This document shows, in pieces, positions 16,576-25,652 of a stretch of 64,000 bases of DNA. The notes under the pieces were generated by a model. That model was not told the DNA's origin, ran no database searches, and was given only the letters and a program-made list of their open reading frames with translations. Origin of the DNA: Nitrososphaerota archaeon (lineage in GTDB: Archaea; Thermoproteota; Nitrososphaeria_A; Caldarchaeales; Caldarchaeaceae); NCBI GenBank assembly GCA_041641305.1, contig JBEPYN010000003.1, positions 26,841 through 90,840 of the forward strand, in the 5' to 3' direction. The first letter of the stretch is position 1. The number at the start of each line of letters is the position of its first letter. Position numbers and translations under genes: made by a program.

Positions 16576-18090
16576 ATGAAGGGTTTGAGGGTTGTTGTAG
16601 ACGAGTCCGCACTGCGTCTAGGGGTTGCTGGAGAATTTGCCGCAGAGCATGGTGGAGCTGTTCTGGTGCATCGGGCGTTGTTGAAGCATTTGCAGGAACG
16701 GGCTTTTTCAGGCGACTTGGCTGCTTTGGACGGGTTGAGGAGTTTGGTGGCTTCATACGGTGAGCGCGTGGAGTTTGTCGGAGAGGCTGGTGGAGACGGG
16801 TGGCGCGACGCTGTGCTTGAATACTGTAGGAGCAACCATGAAACACTGTTGACCGCTGACCCGCTCGTGGCAAGGGTCGCCGAATCCATGGGAGTTTCAT
16901 ACCGCTACATGGTTCCCGAGCCGCCGCTGCAGCTCGAGTCAGTTTTCTCAGGCGATGTGATGAGCCTTCATGTGAAGGAAGGGCTTGAGCCGAGGATTAA
17001 ACGCGGCCACCCCGGCCGCTGGGTCTTCGAATCCATCAGAGACAAGCCCATGTCGAGGACGGAGATAGAGTCGCTTGTCTCCACAATCATGAAAACAGCT
17101 TTCGACGTTTTCGGCACAGAGGCCTTCGTCGAAATAGACAAGCCCGAGCTGACGATTCTCCAGCTCGGCCAGTTCAGGATAGTGATCACGCGGCCGCCGC
17201 TCTCGGATGGGATGGAGATGACTGTTGTCAAACCTGTTTTGAGGGTTCGGCTGGATGATTACAGACTTCCGTCCAAGGTTCTCGAGAGGCTTGAGAAACG
17301 GGCCGAGGGCATTTTGATAGCGGGTCCGCCGGGAATGGGGAAGTCGACCTTTGCCCAGGCCCTCGCCGAATACTATCGCAACATGCGTAAAGTCGTGAAG
17401 ACTGTTGAGAGCCCGCGGGACCTCAACCTTCCGCCCGACATAACACAGTATTCTAAGAGCGCTGCAAAGGACGGGGAGATACACAACGTGTTGCTGCTCA
17501 GCAGACCCGACTACACGGTGTTTGACGAGATGCGTGAAGCACGGGACTTTGAGATGTACATTGACCTCCGTTACGCGGGCATCGGGATGATAGGCGTCAT
17601 CCACGCCAGCACACCCATCGACGCACTCCACAGGATAGCGAACAGAGTTGACATAGGAATACTTCCCTCAATAGTAGATACACTCATCTTCATGGACAAG
17701 GGCCGTGTCGCAAGCATCCACACCCTCGAGGTTGTGGTCAAGGTGCCAGCAGGACTCAAGAGAGCCGACTTGGCGCGGCCTACTGTCGTAGTCAAAGATT
17801 TCTTAAACGACGAGCCTGTCTACGAACTCTATGTCTTCGGGGAACGCGTGTTCTTCGTACCCATAAAGGCATCTGAGGACCGTGGAGGCGAGCTTGCTGT
17901 TATGCGCCGCATAATTGGGAAGCATCTCTCTGACTTCAGCGTTGACAGGATAGGTGATAGGGTTGTAGTCTCCATCGGCACAGGCGAGATGAGAACCTAC
18001 TTCAAGAAGTGTCAGAACAAGGTGCTGCGGATGGCTAAGCACATGGGGCTGGAGGTTGAGGTGGTTCCCAAGCAGGGCCCCGAAACTTGA
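16576..18090 (+). CDS. PIN-domain plus PilT-like ATPase protein (COG1855-type; the C-terminal KH domain expected for this family was not verified)
   Basis: 504 aa with an N-terminal PIN-like segment (LRVVVDES...LLTADP), Walker A GPPGMGKST and a C-terminal region I could not assign by eye. Confidence 0.75.
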   Translation: MKGLRVVVDESALRLGVAGEFAAEHGGAVLVHRALLKHLQERAFSGDLAALDGLRSLVASYGERVEFVGEAGGDGWRDAVLEYCRSNHETLLTADPLVARVAESMGVSYRYMVPEPPLQLESVFSGDVMSLHVKEGLEPRIKRGHPGRWVFESIRDKPMSRTEIESLVSTIMKTAFDVFGTEAFVEIDKPELTILQLGQFRIVITRPPLSDGMEMTVVKPVLRVRLDDYRLPSKVLERLEKRAEGILIAGPPGMGKSTFAQALAEYYRNMRKVVKTVESPRDLNLPPDITQYSKSAAKDGEIHNVLLLSRPDYTVFDEMREARDFEMYIDLRYAGIGMIGVIHASTPIDALHRIANRVDIGILPSIVDTLIFMDKGRVASIHTLEVVVKVPAGLKRADLARPTVVVKDFLNDEPVYELYVFGERVFFVPIKASEDRGGELAVMRRIIGKHLSDFSVDRIGDRVVVSIGTGEMRTYFKKCQNKVLRMAKHMGLEVEVVPKQGPET

Positions 18091-19322
18091 TGGAAAAGCC
18101 TCTCACACAATCTGAAGAAAGAGAAGAATACCTCTGCAACGTTTGCCACGGAATTGCGCGACTTTGCAAACTCAACACATGTCCCTTCTACCGCGGCCTA
18201 CTTAGGCAAAACATAGCAGCCAAGCTCAGAGGCCGGGAGCTGGGCGGCCCCTCTCCGCCAACATTCCTGGTAGGAGAGAAGGGGTATCCACGTGTTGCAC
18301 TGGGCTCAGCCGTGGTCTATGCAGACGACGTTAACCCGCTTCTGCTCGAGTCGCCTTCTAAGTGGCTGGAGTTCTCCGTCGACGAGCTGCTGCGTCTGCG
18401 TCTCTCCCTCTTCCTCGGCCTAACCATCAACCACGTCAAAACACCTACACATGCAAGAGGCCTCTTCACGGCGATGCAAGAGTCGGCGGCGTCCACCAAA
18501 CCCGTTGAGATCGAAATAACCACAGCAGGCACGGTGAACACTCTACCAGGCTTCAGCATACGCACGGCGCCCTATGGGCCATCGGCCCGGATTGAAAAAG
18601 TAAAACTCGTAAGTAACGTCACCGTGCCCCGCAAGGTGGACAGCTACTTGAACGATCCCTACGTCAAAGCAGAGGAGGCCCTTACCAGTCTCTATAAAAC
18701 TGGCCATGACGAATACTATCTCACACGGCTTTTCTCAGCAGGTCTACTCGGACTCGCAAGACAGAGAAAGCTGGTGCCGACGGAGTGGAGCATCACAGCC
18801 GTAGATGACATCCTCTCCAAACAATTGTATCAGCAGGTCAAACACTACAGCATCATAAACGAATATCGTGTCCACAGCTACTCTGCTGTGGAAAATTCCG
18901 CCACCATAATCCTCACTCCAACCCCCTGGATGTATGAGCTTCTCGAGGGCTGGCTAAAATATAGAAACAACCCACCATACAGCGACCACGAAATACTCAG
19001 GCCGAGAAAAACTTACGCGGAAAACACGGGGGGAGCATACTACGCCGTACGGCTCTCCCTGCTGAGACATCTTGCCGAGAGACGTGAACAGAGTGGCGCC
19101 ATAGTGTTTTTCGAGATCAAGCCGGGATGGGTTCCGCTGGGTGTCTGGCGTTTCCGCGAAATCGTGAAGAAGGCTCTGGAACAACGGTGTGAACGTTTTC
19201 AGTCTCCTGACGAGGCTCTCGCCCATATCGAGCCACGTCTCTCTATCCCGCTACACGCTTACATCAAGCAAAGCAGCCTCATATCATTTCTAAGAAAACA
19301 GAGTACGATAGACATGCTTTAG
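18087..19322 (+). CDS. nreA: NreA-like protein (Nre_N/Nre_C, DUF650/DUF651) with a C-terminal PIP-like motif
   Basis: 411 aa with an N-terminal Cys cluster CNVCHGIARLCKLNTCPFY and QSSLISFL nine residues from the C-terminus. The start (TTG 18087 or ATG 18090) overlaps the upstream TGA. Confidence 0.6.
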   Translation: MMEKPLTQSEEREEYLCNVCHGIARLCKLNTCPFYRGLLRQNIAAKLRGRELGGPSPPTFLVGEKGYPRVALGSAVVYADDVNPLLLESPSKWLEFSVDELLRLRLSLFLGLTINHVKTPTHARGLFTAMQESAASTKPVEIEITTAGTVNTLPGFSIRTAPYGPSARIEKVKLVSNVTVPRKVDSYLNDPYVKAEEALTSLYKTGHDEYYLTRLFSAGLLGLARQRKLVPTEWSITAVDDILSKQLYQQVKHYSIINEYRVHSYSAVENSATIILTPTPWMYELLEGWLKYRNNPPYSDHEILRPRKTYAENTGGAYYAVRLSLLRHLAERREQSGAIVFFEIKPGWVPLGVWRFREIVKKALEQRCERFQSPDEALAHIEPRLSIPLHAYIKQSSLISFLRKQSTIDML

Positions 19323-19374
19323 CAAGGACGTGCTCGTGCAACATAGATTTAAGGCGGGTTTGAATTGTCACAGC

Positions 19375-19803
19375 ATGTCTTCTCCAATCAGATTAGAGGT
19401 TTTGCTTGCGCTGGTTGCTTTCCTCTGCCTTGGTTTAACAGATTTTTTACGTAAGAAGGGGGCGGCCGCTGGCGCAAATTCTTTCAGCTACCTGCTTGTT
19501 GAGACGGTTGTGCTTCTCGTGCTTCTCCCATTCGTGGCCACGGTGTACAGCGGAAAACTGACGCTGAGCCTCTCGGGAACATTACCCTACGCCATCCTCT
19601 CCGGCGTAACAATAACCGTCGCACTCTTCGCCATGTTATCAGGCCTATCAATTGGCGAGGGAAGCCTCGTAATCCCCATCTCAAGGCTAGGCCTAGCGCT
19701 TGCGACTTTGCTCAGCCTCTTTCTTCTCAACGAGTCAATCACCCTAACCAAGGTGCTGGGCATCGGGCTGGCGGTGGTCGCCGTCTTTCTCCTATCTAAA
19801 TGA
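19375..19803 (+). CDS. EamA-like (DMT superfamily) small membrane transporter
   Basis: About 142 aa with four TM helices. The ATG at 19375 lies 22 nt downstream of the TATA-like GATTTAAG at 19346-19353. The track ORF starts earlier, at a GTG. Confidence 0.55.
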   Translation: MSSPIRLEVLLALVAFLCLGLTDFLRKKGAAAGANSFSYLLVETVVLLVLLPFVATVYSGKLTLSLSGTLPYAILSGVTITVALFAMLSGLSIGEGSLVIPISRLGLALATLLSLFLLNESITLTKVLGIGLAVVAVFLLSK

Positions 19804-19957
19804 TGTCCTCCAACGGTGTTTTGACGTACCAGCTGTGGCCGCATCTTGGGCAGTAGAGGCTCCACACTTTTCTGACATGCGAGTCGCTTGGCTTGGTGGG
19901 GATCGTTAACCGGTAGCCGCATTTTGGGCAGGTGTACTCGTCCTCTACGCTGGTCAA
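19796..19957 (-). CDS. Small zinc-ribbon protein (53 aa), not in the supplied ORF track
   Basis: A TTG start overlaps the TrmO TGA (TTGA). The translation is MTSVEDEYTCPKCGYRLTIPTKPSDSHVRKVWSLYCPRCGHSWYVKTPLEDII, with two CPxCG knuckles. Confidence 0.45.
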   Translation of the reverse strand: MTSVEDEYTCPKCGYRLTIPTKPSDSHVRKVWSLYCPRCGHSWYVKTPLEDII

Positions 19958-20424
19958 ATCGGGGCCCTTGCGTCGAGCTTAACCCAATCAGGGTAGCTGT
20001 AGTTCTCTGCCCGGTAGTCGGGACGGTAGGGCTTAAGGTCTATCACAGGTGTGCCGTCAAACAGGTCGAGACCATTCACATACAATGTATTCCCCTCCCG
20101 CCTAACAAGCTTGACCAACGTAAGAGCTATCGGGTTGGGCCTCACAGGCGAGTCCGTCGAGAAAACACCCAGGGTCGGAAGCTCCTCCTCACGCATCCCC
20201 AGCCGCAGAAGCCGCCTCGGCTTCACCTTGAGAAGTGACCGGTGCTCTGGCTTCGACTTGTGGAAGACCGCGATGATGAATAAGTGGGTGTAATTCTCTA
20301 CACCGTCCAGCGCCTCTTCATACTCCGGCAGTATCTCGACGCGTCCCGGGACAGCACCGGCGTTCTGCTTCACGTACTCATCATCGAAGTCAACACGCAC
20401 ATAGCCGACAATCTTGAACTCCAT
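19954..20424 (-). CDS. trmO: TsaA/TrmO-family tRNA methyltransferase (UPF0066)
   Basis: MEFKIVGYVRV... and SPVRPNPIALTLVKLV...GLDLFDGTPVIDLKPY are typical of the TrmO/YaeB family. Confidence 0.75.
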   Translation of the reverse strand: MEFKIVGYVRVDFDDEYVKQNAGAVPGRVEILPEYEEALDGVENYTHLFIIAVFHKSKPEHRSLLKVKPRRLLRLGMREEELPTLGVFSTDSPVRPNPIALTLVKLVRREGNTLYVNGLDLFDGTPVIDLKPYRPDYRAENYSYPDWVKLDARAPI

Positions 20425-20458
20425 CCACAATAACGCTTCTTTGCTTGATTTAAGTGTG

Positions 20459-20815
20459 TCATTTACCTCTCATCTTCTCTATGTATTCCATGAGGGCTGT
20501 TGCGTTGTTGTGAAGTGTGTCCCTTGCAGAAAAGAGAAGCGTTACCGTGCCATGTCTCTGCTCGAGTTCAAGAATCATCTTGACAGCCTCAGGTTTTTGG
20601 CTAAGTTCCCTGAAATAACGCTGCTTAAACTCATCCCATCTCTCAGGCCTGTGACCAAACCATTTCCTCAGAGAACTTGTTGGCGCAACATCCTTCAGCC
20701 AAACATCCACAGCCGCGCGGTTTTTCTCCAGTCCACGAGGCCACAGCCTATCAACCAGCACCCTACATCCATCCTCCCGAGAAGGAGGCTCATACACACG
20801 CTTAACCCTAATCAT
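20459..20815 (-). CDS. DUF488 family protein
   Basis: The signature is RVYEPPSREDG.RVLVDRLWPRG...W.KDVAPTSSLRKWFGH. The ATG at 20815 (MIRVKRVY) has a TATA-like GATTTTTA about 21 nt upstream. Confidence 0.75.
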   Translation of the reverse strand: MIRVKRVYEPPSREDGCRVLVDRLWPRGLEKNRAAVDVWLKDVAPTSSLRKWFGHRPERWDEFKQRYFRELSQKPEAVKMILELEQRHGTVTLLFSARDTLHNNATALMEYIEKMRGK

Positions 20816-20982
20816 GAAACACAGCACTACACATCTGTAAAAATCTTTTCCAACATACGTCAAAAGACCAAGTTCGCACATGTTCATCCATCAACTTGAC
20901 ATTTTCCTTCTCCCCGCATCATCAGAGTGAATCAGGAATACTTTTTTGTTAGCATCAGACATGTAGATGTTGGTGTGATGAA

Positions 20983-22218
20983 TTGAGTTCCTCCGTTTAT
21001 GATGTTTGGAGTTTGGCGGATGAATGGGGGCCTGAGAAGGTTGTTTTCGCCTATGATCCCGACACGGGAATGAGGGGCGTTCTGGTTATCGACAACACGG
21101 CCATCGGACCTGGGAAAGGCGGAATAAGGTTCACCCCAACCGTTACACCTGTTGAAGTGTTTCGGCTGGCCAGAGTTATGACCTGGAAATGCGCCCTCGC
21201 GGGTCTTCCCTTTGGCGGCGCAAAGGGCGGAATTATGGGTGACCCGAATAATGTGGACAGAGTGGCTTGGATGAGGTCTTTCGCCAAAGCGATTAAGCCC
21301 TACGTTCCGCTTCAATACGTGGCCGCCACAGACATGGGAACGACTGAGCTCGACATGGCTGTCTTCGCTCATGAGGTCGGTGATGTCAGAGCATGCACAG
21401 GCAAGCCCAGCGAAATGGGCGGGATACCGCATGAACTCGGAACAACGGGATACGGTGTCGCAGTGGCTACAGACCTTACACTTAGTATGCTCAACAAATT
21501 TGGCTCGATCAGCCTGAACCCACGGGAGGCAGCAGTGGCCATTCAGGGATTTGGAAACGTCGGCTCCTTCACAGCAAAGTTTCTCGACGAGCTTGGCTAC
21601 AAAATTGTCGCTATATCAGACATCTCGGGATGCATACACGACCCCGAGGGACTCGACATACCCCACATCATGAGAGAGCTTCAAACAGTTGGTATGATAA
21701 GGAAACTTTCAAGATATGAAATACACCCCGCGGAAAAAATCTTCGATGTGAAGTCGGATGTCTTCATACCCGCGGCAACCTCTGACACAATTAACACCGA
21801 AACTGCGCCTAAGCTGATCAAAGCTGGAACAAAGTTGGTTATCGAGGCGGCCAACATACCCACCACATCCGAGGCAGAAAAAATGTTGGTTCAGAAAGGG
21901 GTTTGGGTAGTTCCCGACTTCGTAGTTAATGCTGGAGGAGTCATCGGCTCTTATGTCGAGTATAAAGGGGGAACAGAGAAAGAGGCCTTTGAACTCATAA
22001 ACTACAAGATCAGCACAAACGTCAAACTCGTGGTAACACTCGCACAACAAAACGGCTCAACACCCAGAGAAATAGCTAAAGAAATCGCGAAAACACGGGT
22101 CAAAAGAGCCATGCTACTCCGCCGCGGAGCCATAGACGTGGCTCGAGAATATTTCGCACGACAGAAACAACTCTACGAGTTCATGATTCCAGACCTCAGA
22201 AACACAACGCATCCTTAA
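20983..22218 (+). CDS. Glu/Leu/Phe/Val dehydrogenase family protein (short GDH-like paralogue)
   Basis: 411 aa with GKGGIRF, a FGGAKGG catalytic-Lys region and the Rossmann motif GFGNVG. It starts with TTG. Confidence 0.85.
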   Translation: MSSSVYDVWSLADEWGPEKVVFAYDPDTGMRGVLVIDNTAIGPGKGGIRFTPTVTPVEVFRLARVMTWKCALAGLPFGGAKGGIMGDPNNVDRVAWMRSFAKAIKPYVPLQYVAATDMGTTELDMAVFAHEVGDVRACTGKPSEMGGIPHELGTTGYGVAVATDLTLSMLNKFGSISLNPREAAVAIQGFGNVGSFTAKFLDELGYKIVAISDISGCIHDPEGLDIPHIMRELQTVGMIRKLSRYEIHPAEKIFDVKSDVFIPAATSDTINTETAPKLIKAGTKLVIEAANIPTTSEAEKMLVQKGVWVVPDFVVNAGGVIGSYVEYKGGTEKEAFELINYKISTNVKLVVTLAQQNGSTPREIAKEIAKTRVKRAMLLRRGAIDVAREYFARQKQLYEFMIPDLRNTTHP

Positions 22219-22223
22219 ATAAT
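22214..22223 (+). promoter_or_regulatory. TATA-like box (CTTAAATAAT) for tRNA-Thr, overlapping the GDH stop codon
   Basis: It is centred about 28 nt upstream of the first tRNA nucleotide. Confidence 0.4.
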
Positions 22224-22246
22224 CTGCAGCAAAAAGGACACCAGAC

Positions 22247-22320
22247 GCCCTGGTAGCTCAGCCCGGTAGAGCGGCCGCCTCGTAAGCGGCAGGCCGAGGG
22301 TTCAAAGCCCTCCCAGGGCT
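22247..22320 (+). tRNA. tRNA-Thr (anticodon CGU)
   Basis: Acceptor GCCCTGG/CCAGGGC, D arm GCTC-AGCCCGGTA-GAGC, anticodon arm GCCGC-CTCGTAA-GCGGC, T arm GAGGG-TTCAAAG-CCCTC. No CCA is encoded and there is no intron. Confidence 0.9.
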
Positions 22321-23311
22321 ATACCGTCGTAAATTTTTTGTTTAGCGGATCGTATACCTCGACTTTCTCAGGTGTCTTACTTGAGATAACCACACCCCTT
22401 TTTATCACATAGAGAGGTCTCTTCTGGAGGGCGAGTGCCTCCAGTTCGTCATATGCATCTAGGACAACTAGGTCGCCATAGGCTCCGACCTTTACTCCGT
22501 ATTTCTCATCTATGCGTAGCGCCTTTGCGGCGTTGTATGTTATGAGGTTGAAGGATTTTCGCAGCTCTTGATGAGACATCATCTGGGCGACGTGAACAGC
22601 CATAAACAATACCTGAACCATGTCGCCCCTGCCGAGCGGATACCACGGATCCATAATGCAGTAATGACCCAAGGCCACGTTTACACCATTAGCGAGCAGC
22701 TCTTTCACACGAGTCATTCCTCTTCTTTTTGGATAGGTGTCGAACCTCCCTTGTAAATGGATGTTGATCAACGGGTTAGCAACGACAGTCACACCTGCTC
22801 TTCTAAGCAGTCGATACAGCTTCGCCGCATAGGCATCGTTGTAGGAATGCATAGCAGTACAATGACCCGCCGTCGCCCTGCCAATGTATCCATTCTTTAT
22901 TGCGTAAGAAGCTACCACTTCGAGAAAACGGGACTGCTCGTCATCTGTTTCATCTACGTGTCCATCGATGTCTCGGTCATACTTCTTCGCTATCTCGAAA
23001 GCCAGTTCAATAGACTTAACACCATCTTCTCGTGTAAACTCGATGTGGGGTATCATACCTACGTTATCTACGCCCATTTCCACGGCCTTTTCAAGAAGCT
23101 CCGAGTTAATCGGGTCAGTTAAGATACCATCTTGGGGGAAAGCTGTAACCTGTACATCCACCAGACCCTTGTAGATTCTCTTAATCTCTAATAGGCCTCT
23201 TACTGTTGTTAATGTGGAGTCAGTTACATCAGCATGGGTACGGATATAGGTTGTACCGTGTGAAATCATTAGATTCAGAGCACGTCGTGCGCGTTCAACT
23301 ATGTCATCCAC
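22319..23311 (-). pseudogene. Cytosine deaminase-like amidohydrolase, N-terminally truncated (probable remnant)
   Basis: 330 aa and alignable from memory to CodA from about residue 95 onward (…GHYCIMDPWYPLG…). The HxH metal motif region is absent. A TAA lies two codons upstream of the first ATG, and the conserved HDD appears as HYC. Confidence 0.55.
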
Positions 23312-23365
23312 CGTTAGCCTTTTCTTACTAAGCTAAGGTATCTCAACGGTCCATTCGCAACGGTT

Positions 23366-24152
23366 TTGGCTGAAGCTATTCATGAGGCGGTCAAGGAAAG
23401 AGGAGGAATTGAGCTGCGGAGCATTATTGCTCAAGCCATTCACATGGGCGACGAGTGTCACAACAGAAACATGGCGTCAACCTCCCTCTTTTTCAGAGAA
23501 TTAGCACCATACATAGCGCGAGTAACAGACCCGAAGACTGCTCATGATATCTTCAACACTATCAACGCGAACAACCTCCTTTTTCCTTAACCTAGCCATG
23601 GCCTCATGCAAGCTGATGGCCGACAGGGCCCACAACATTAAGCACAGCACAATAGTTACGACGATTTCAAGAAACGGCACGGATGTGGGGATTAGGGTTA
23701 GCGGACTGGGCGATACATGGTTTACTGCTCCCGCACCCGTGCCAAGAGGTCTTTATTTTCCCGGATTCTCCGAAAGCGACTCTAACCCTGACATAGGGGA
23801 CAGCACCATAACCGAGACAGCTGGACTTGGAGCAGCAGCCATGGCAGCCAGCCCCGCCATCGTCAAATTTATAGGCGGCGACGTCAAACAAGCTCTGGAA
23901 ATAACCAACCGCATGGCCCGCATATGTTACGGGCGGCATAGATACTTCACCATCCCGTACTTGGATTTTGAAGGTACTCCCGTGGGTGTAGATATTCGAC
24001 GAGTTCTACGGCTGGGGTTGCCGCCGGTGGCTGACACAGGCATAGCCCATAGAAACGCTGGTGTAGGCCAAATTGGTGCGGGGATCGTGGAGATACCTAT
24101 CGAGCCGTTTAAGCAGGCTCTCCGCAAATACGCCGAAGTTTACGGGATTTAG
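23366..24152 (+). pseudogene. DUF1116 (YlbE-like) fragment, 5'-truncated and frameshifted
   Basis: Two overlapping frames (23366-23590 and 23544-24152) together read as the C-terminal ~260 aa of a DUF1116-type protein (FFLNLAMA...GIRVSGLGDTWFTAPAP...GDSTITETAGLG). The frames switch at the T5 run at 23580-23584. Confidence 0.55.
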
Positions 24153-24210
24153 TCACCTAGTTGCTCTGAGAAAATAGGGTTAAAATCTGGATGTTTTTTT
24201 ATTTCTCGGG

Positions 24211-24492
24211 TTGAGTCAGGATTCTGCACGTGTTCACGTGATTCCGCTGCGTGATGCTTGGAAGGCTTCGAGGCTTAGGAGAACTGATGCAGCGGTGCGG
24301 TTGGTCAAGGAATATGCGATGAGACACGGGAAAGCCTCTGTGGTCAAGATATCGCCAAAGGTCAATGAACTGCTGTGGACGAATAGCCGTCAAAACCCTC
24401 CGCGGAGGATACGTGTTGTTCTCGAGAAGGAGGACGAGGATACTGTTTTTGTTAGGCTTGAGAACGAGGCCGCGGCGGAGAAGAAGGAGTAG
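24211..24492 (+). CDS. rpl31e: 50S ribosomal protein L31e
   Basis: 93 aa with IPLRDAW...R..AV..VKE...H and NELLW...PPRRIRV, typical of eL31. It starts with TTG. Confidence 0.85.
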   Translation: MSQDSARVHVIPLRDAWKASRLRRTDAAVRLVKEYAMRHGKASVVKISPKVNELLWTNSRQNPPRRIRVVLEKEDEDTVFVRLENEAAAEKKE

Positions 24493-24503
24493 CGGAGCTT
24501 GTT

Positions 24504-25172
24504 ATGGAGATTAGGCTGGAGACGGTGCTCGGCTCCGCTGAAGTTGGCTTGTTTGCCCTCCCCACAGAACGTTACGTTATTCTCTCAAAGGAGATTAACC
24601 CGTCGAAGGTCAGAGTCTTCAAAGAAGTGCTGAACGCCGAGCCTATCCTAACTTCTTTGGCTGGAAGCATCCTGGTCTCCCCCTTTGCAGCAGGTAACTC
24701 CAATGGCCTCCTTGTCTCGAAGCTTGTTTTGGATGAGGAGCTTGATAAGATAAGAGAGGCTTTTCCCGACCTGACCGTAAAACGCTTGGACACAAAGTAT
24801 ACGGCGGTGGGTAACCTTATTCTCTGCAATGACCGTGGGGCCGTGGTAAGCTCTTTGCTGGGCAAAAGTGTTGCCAGGGTTGTTGCCGATGTTTTGGGCA
24901 CAGAAACCGTTTCATCCACAATAGCTAACAGGTCTTATGTTGGGTCGCTCGTCGCAGCCACAAACGTGGGGGCGCTGGTTTACGTCAATGCCGAAGATGA
25001 TGAGCTGAAGCTCGTGGAAGATGTGCTGCATGTCCAAACTGCGACGGGAACAGTTAACGGCGGTGTGCTTTTTCCACGTAGCGGGATAGCGGCCAACTCC
25101 AAAGGCGCAGTGGTAGGCGCACTGACTACCGGGCCAGAGCTAATGACCATCTCAAGAGTTTTCCAGAGATAA
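24504..25172 (+). CDS. eif6: Translation initiation factor 6 (aIF6)
   Basis: 222 aa with a pentein-repeat pattern, in the conserved position after L31e. Confidence 0.85.
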   Translation: MEIRLETVLGSAEVGLFALPTERYVILSKEINPSKVRVFKEVLNAEPILTSLAGSILVSPFAAGNSNGLLVSKLVLDEELDKIREAFPDLTVKRLDTKYTAVGNLILCNDRGAVVSSLLGKSVARVVADVLGTETVSSTIANRSYVGSLVAATNVGALVYVNAEDDELKLVEDVLHVQTATGTVNGGVLFPRSGIAANSKGAVVGALTTGPELMTISRVFQR

Positions 25173-25223
25173 TTATCCTGTTTGATAACGTTATAAGGGG
25201 CTTGTGTGAATCTGTTTCCAGAC

Positions 25224-25646
25224 ATGTCGGAGGCCGAGGTCGCCCAAGCGCTTGAGGAGCTTCAGCTGCTTGAACGTCTTGTCGCAGACCTTCAGGCGCG
25301 GATTCTTGCGCTGCAGAGGTCTGTGTCAGAGCATGAAGAAGCTGTCAAACTAATCGAGGAGATTCGTAAGTCGGGAGGAAACATGAGGATTCTCGTGCCC
25401 ATCGGTGCGGGGACATTCGCGGAGGCAAGCCTTCAATCTGTCGAAAAAGTGACTGTGAGCTTAGGTGCCGGCGTATATGCCGTGAAAGCTCTCGAGGACA
25501 CCCAGCAGCTCTTGACCAAGAGAAACCAGGCCTTGCAGGCTTATGTCGATGCATTATCTAAGAGACTATCTGAGTACGCGGCGCGAGCCGATGAGCTGCG
25601 CAGGTTTTTGAACAGTGTTTTGGCCGCGCAGCAGCGTCAAGGGTAG
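25224..25646 (+). CDS. pfdA: Prefoldin alpha subunit
   Basis: Coiled-coil ends flank a central beta region (ILVPIGAGTFAEA). The ATG at 25224 lies 27 nt after the TATA-like GTTATAAG at 25190-25197. Confidence 0.8.
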   Translation: MSEAEVAQALEELQLLERLVADLQARILALQRSVSEHEEAVKLIEEIRKSGGNMRILVPIGAGTFAEASLQSVEKVTVSLGAGVYAVKALEDTQQLLTKRNQALQAYVDALSKRLSEYAARADELRRFLNSVLAAQQRQG

Positions 25647-25652
25647 TAGGCT

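Noticed and set aside
20973-21036. A perfect C-box heptamer GTGATGA just upstream of the GDH-like start, with a CTGA about 55 nt downstream.
   Set aside because: The internal D'/C' boxes and spacing fail, and the downstream part is clearly GDH coding sequence.
24165-24195. TAGGGTTAAAATC, partially similar to the tRNA-Thr T-arm and 3' end (GAGGGTTCAAAGCC), as a possible att-type direct repeat bounding the decayed block.
   Set aside because: Only about 9-10 matching bases with a gap, which is compatible with chance. No integrase or other mobile-element gene is present.
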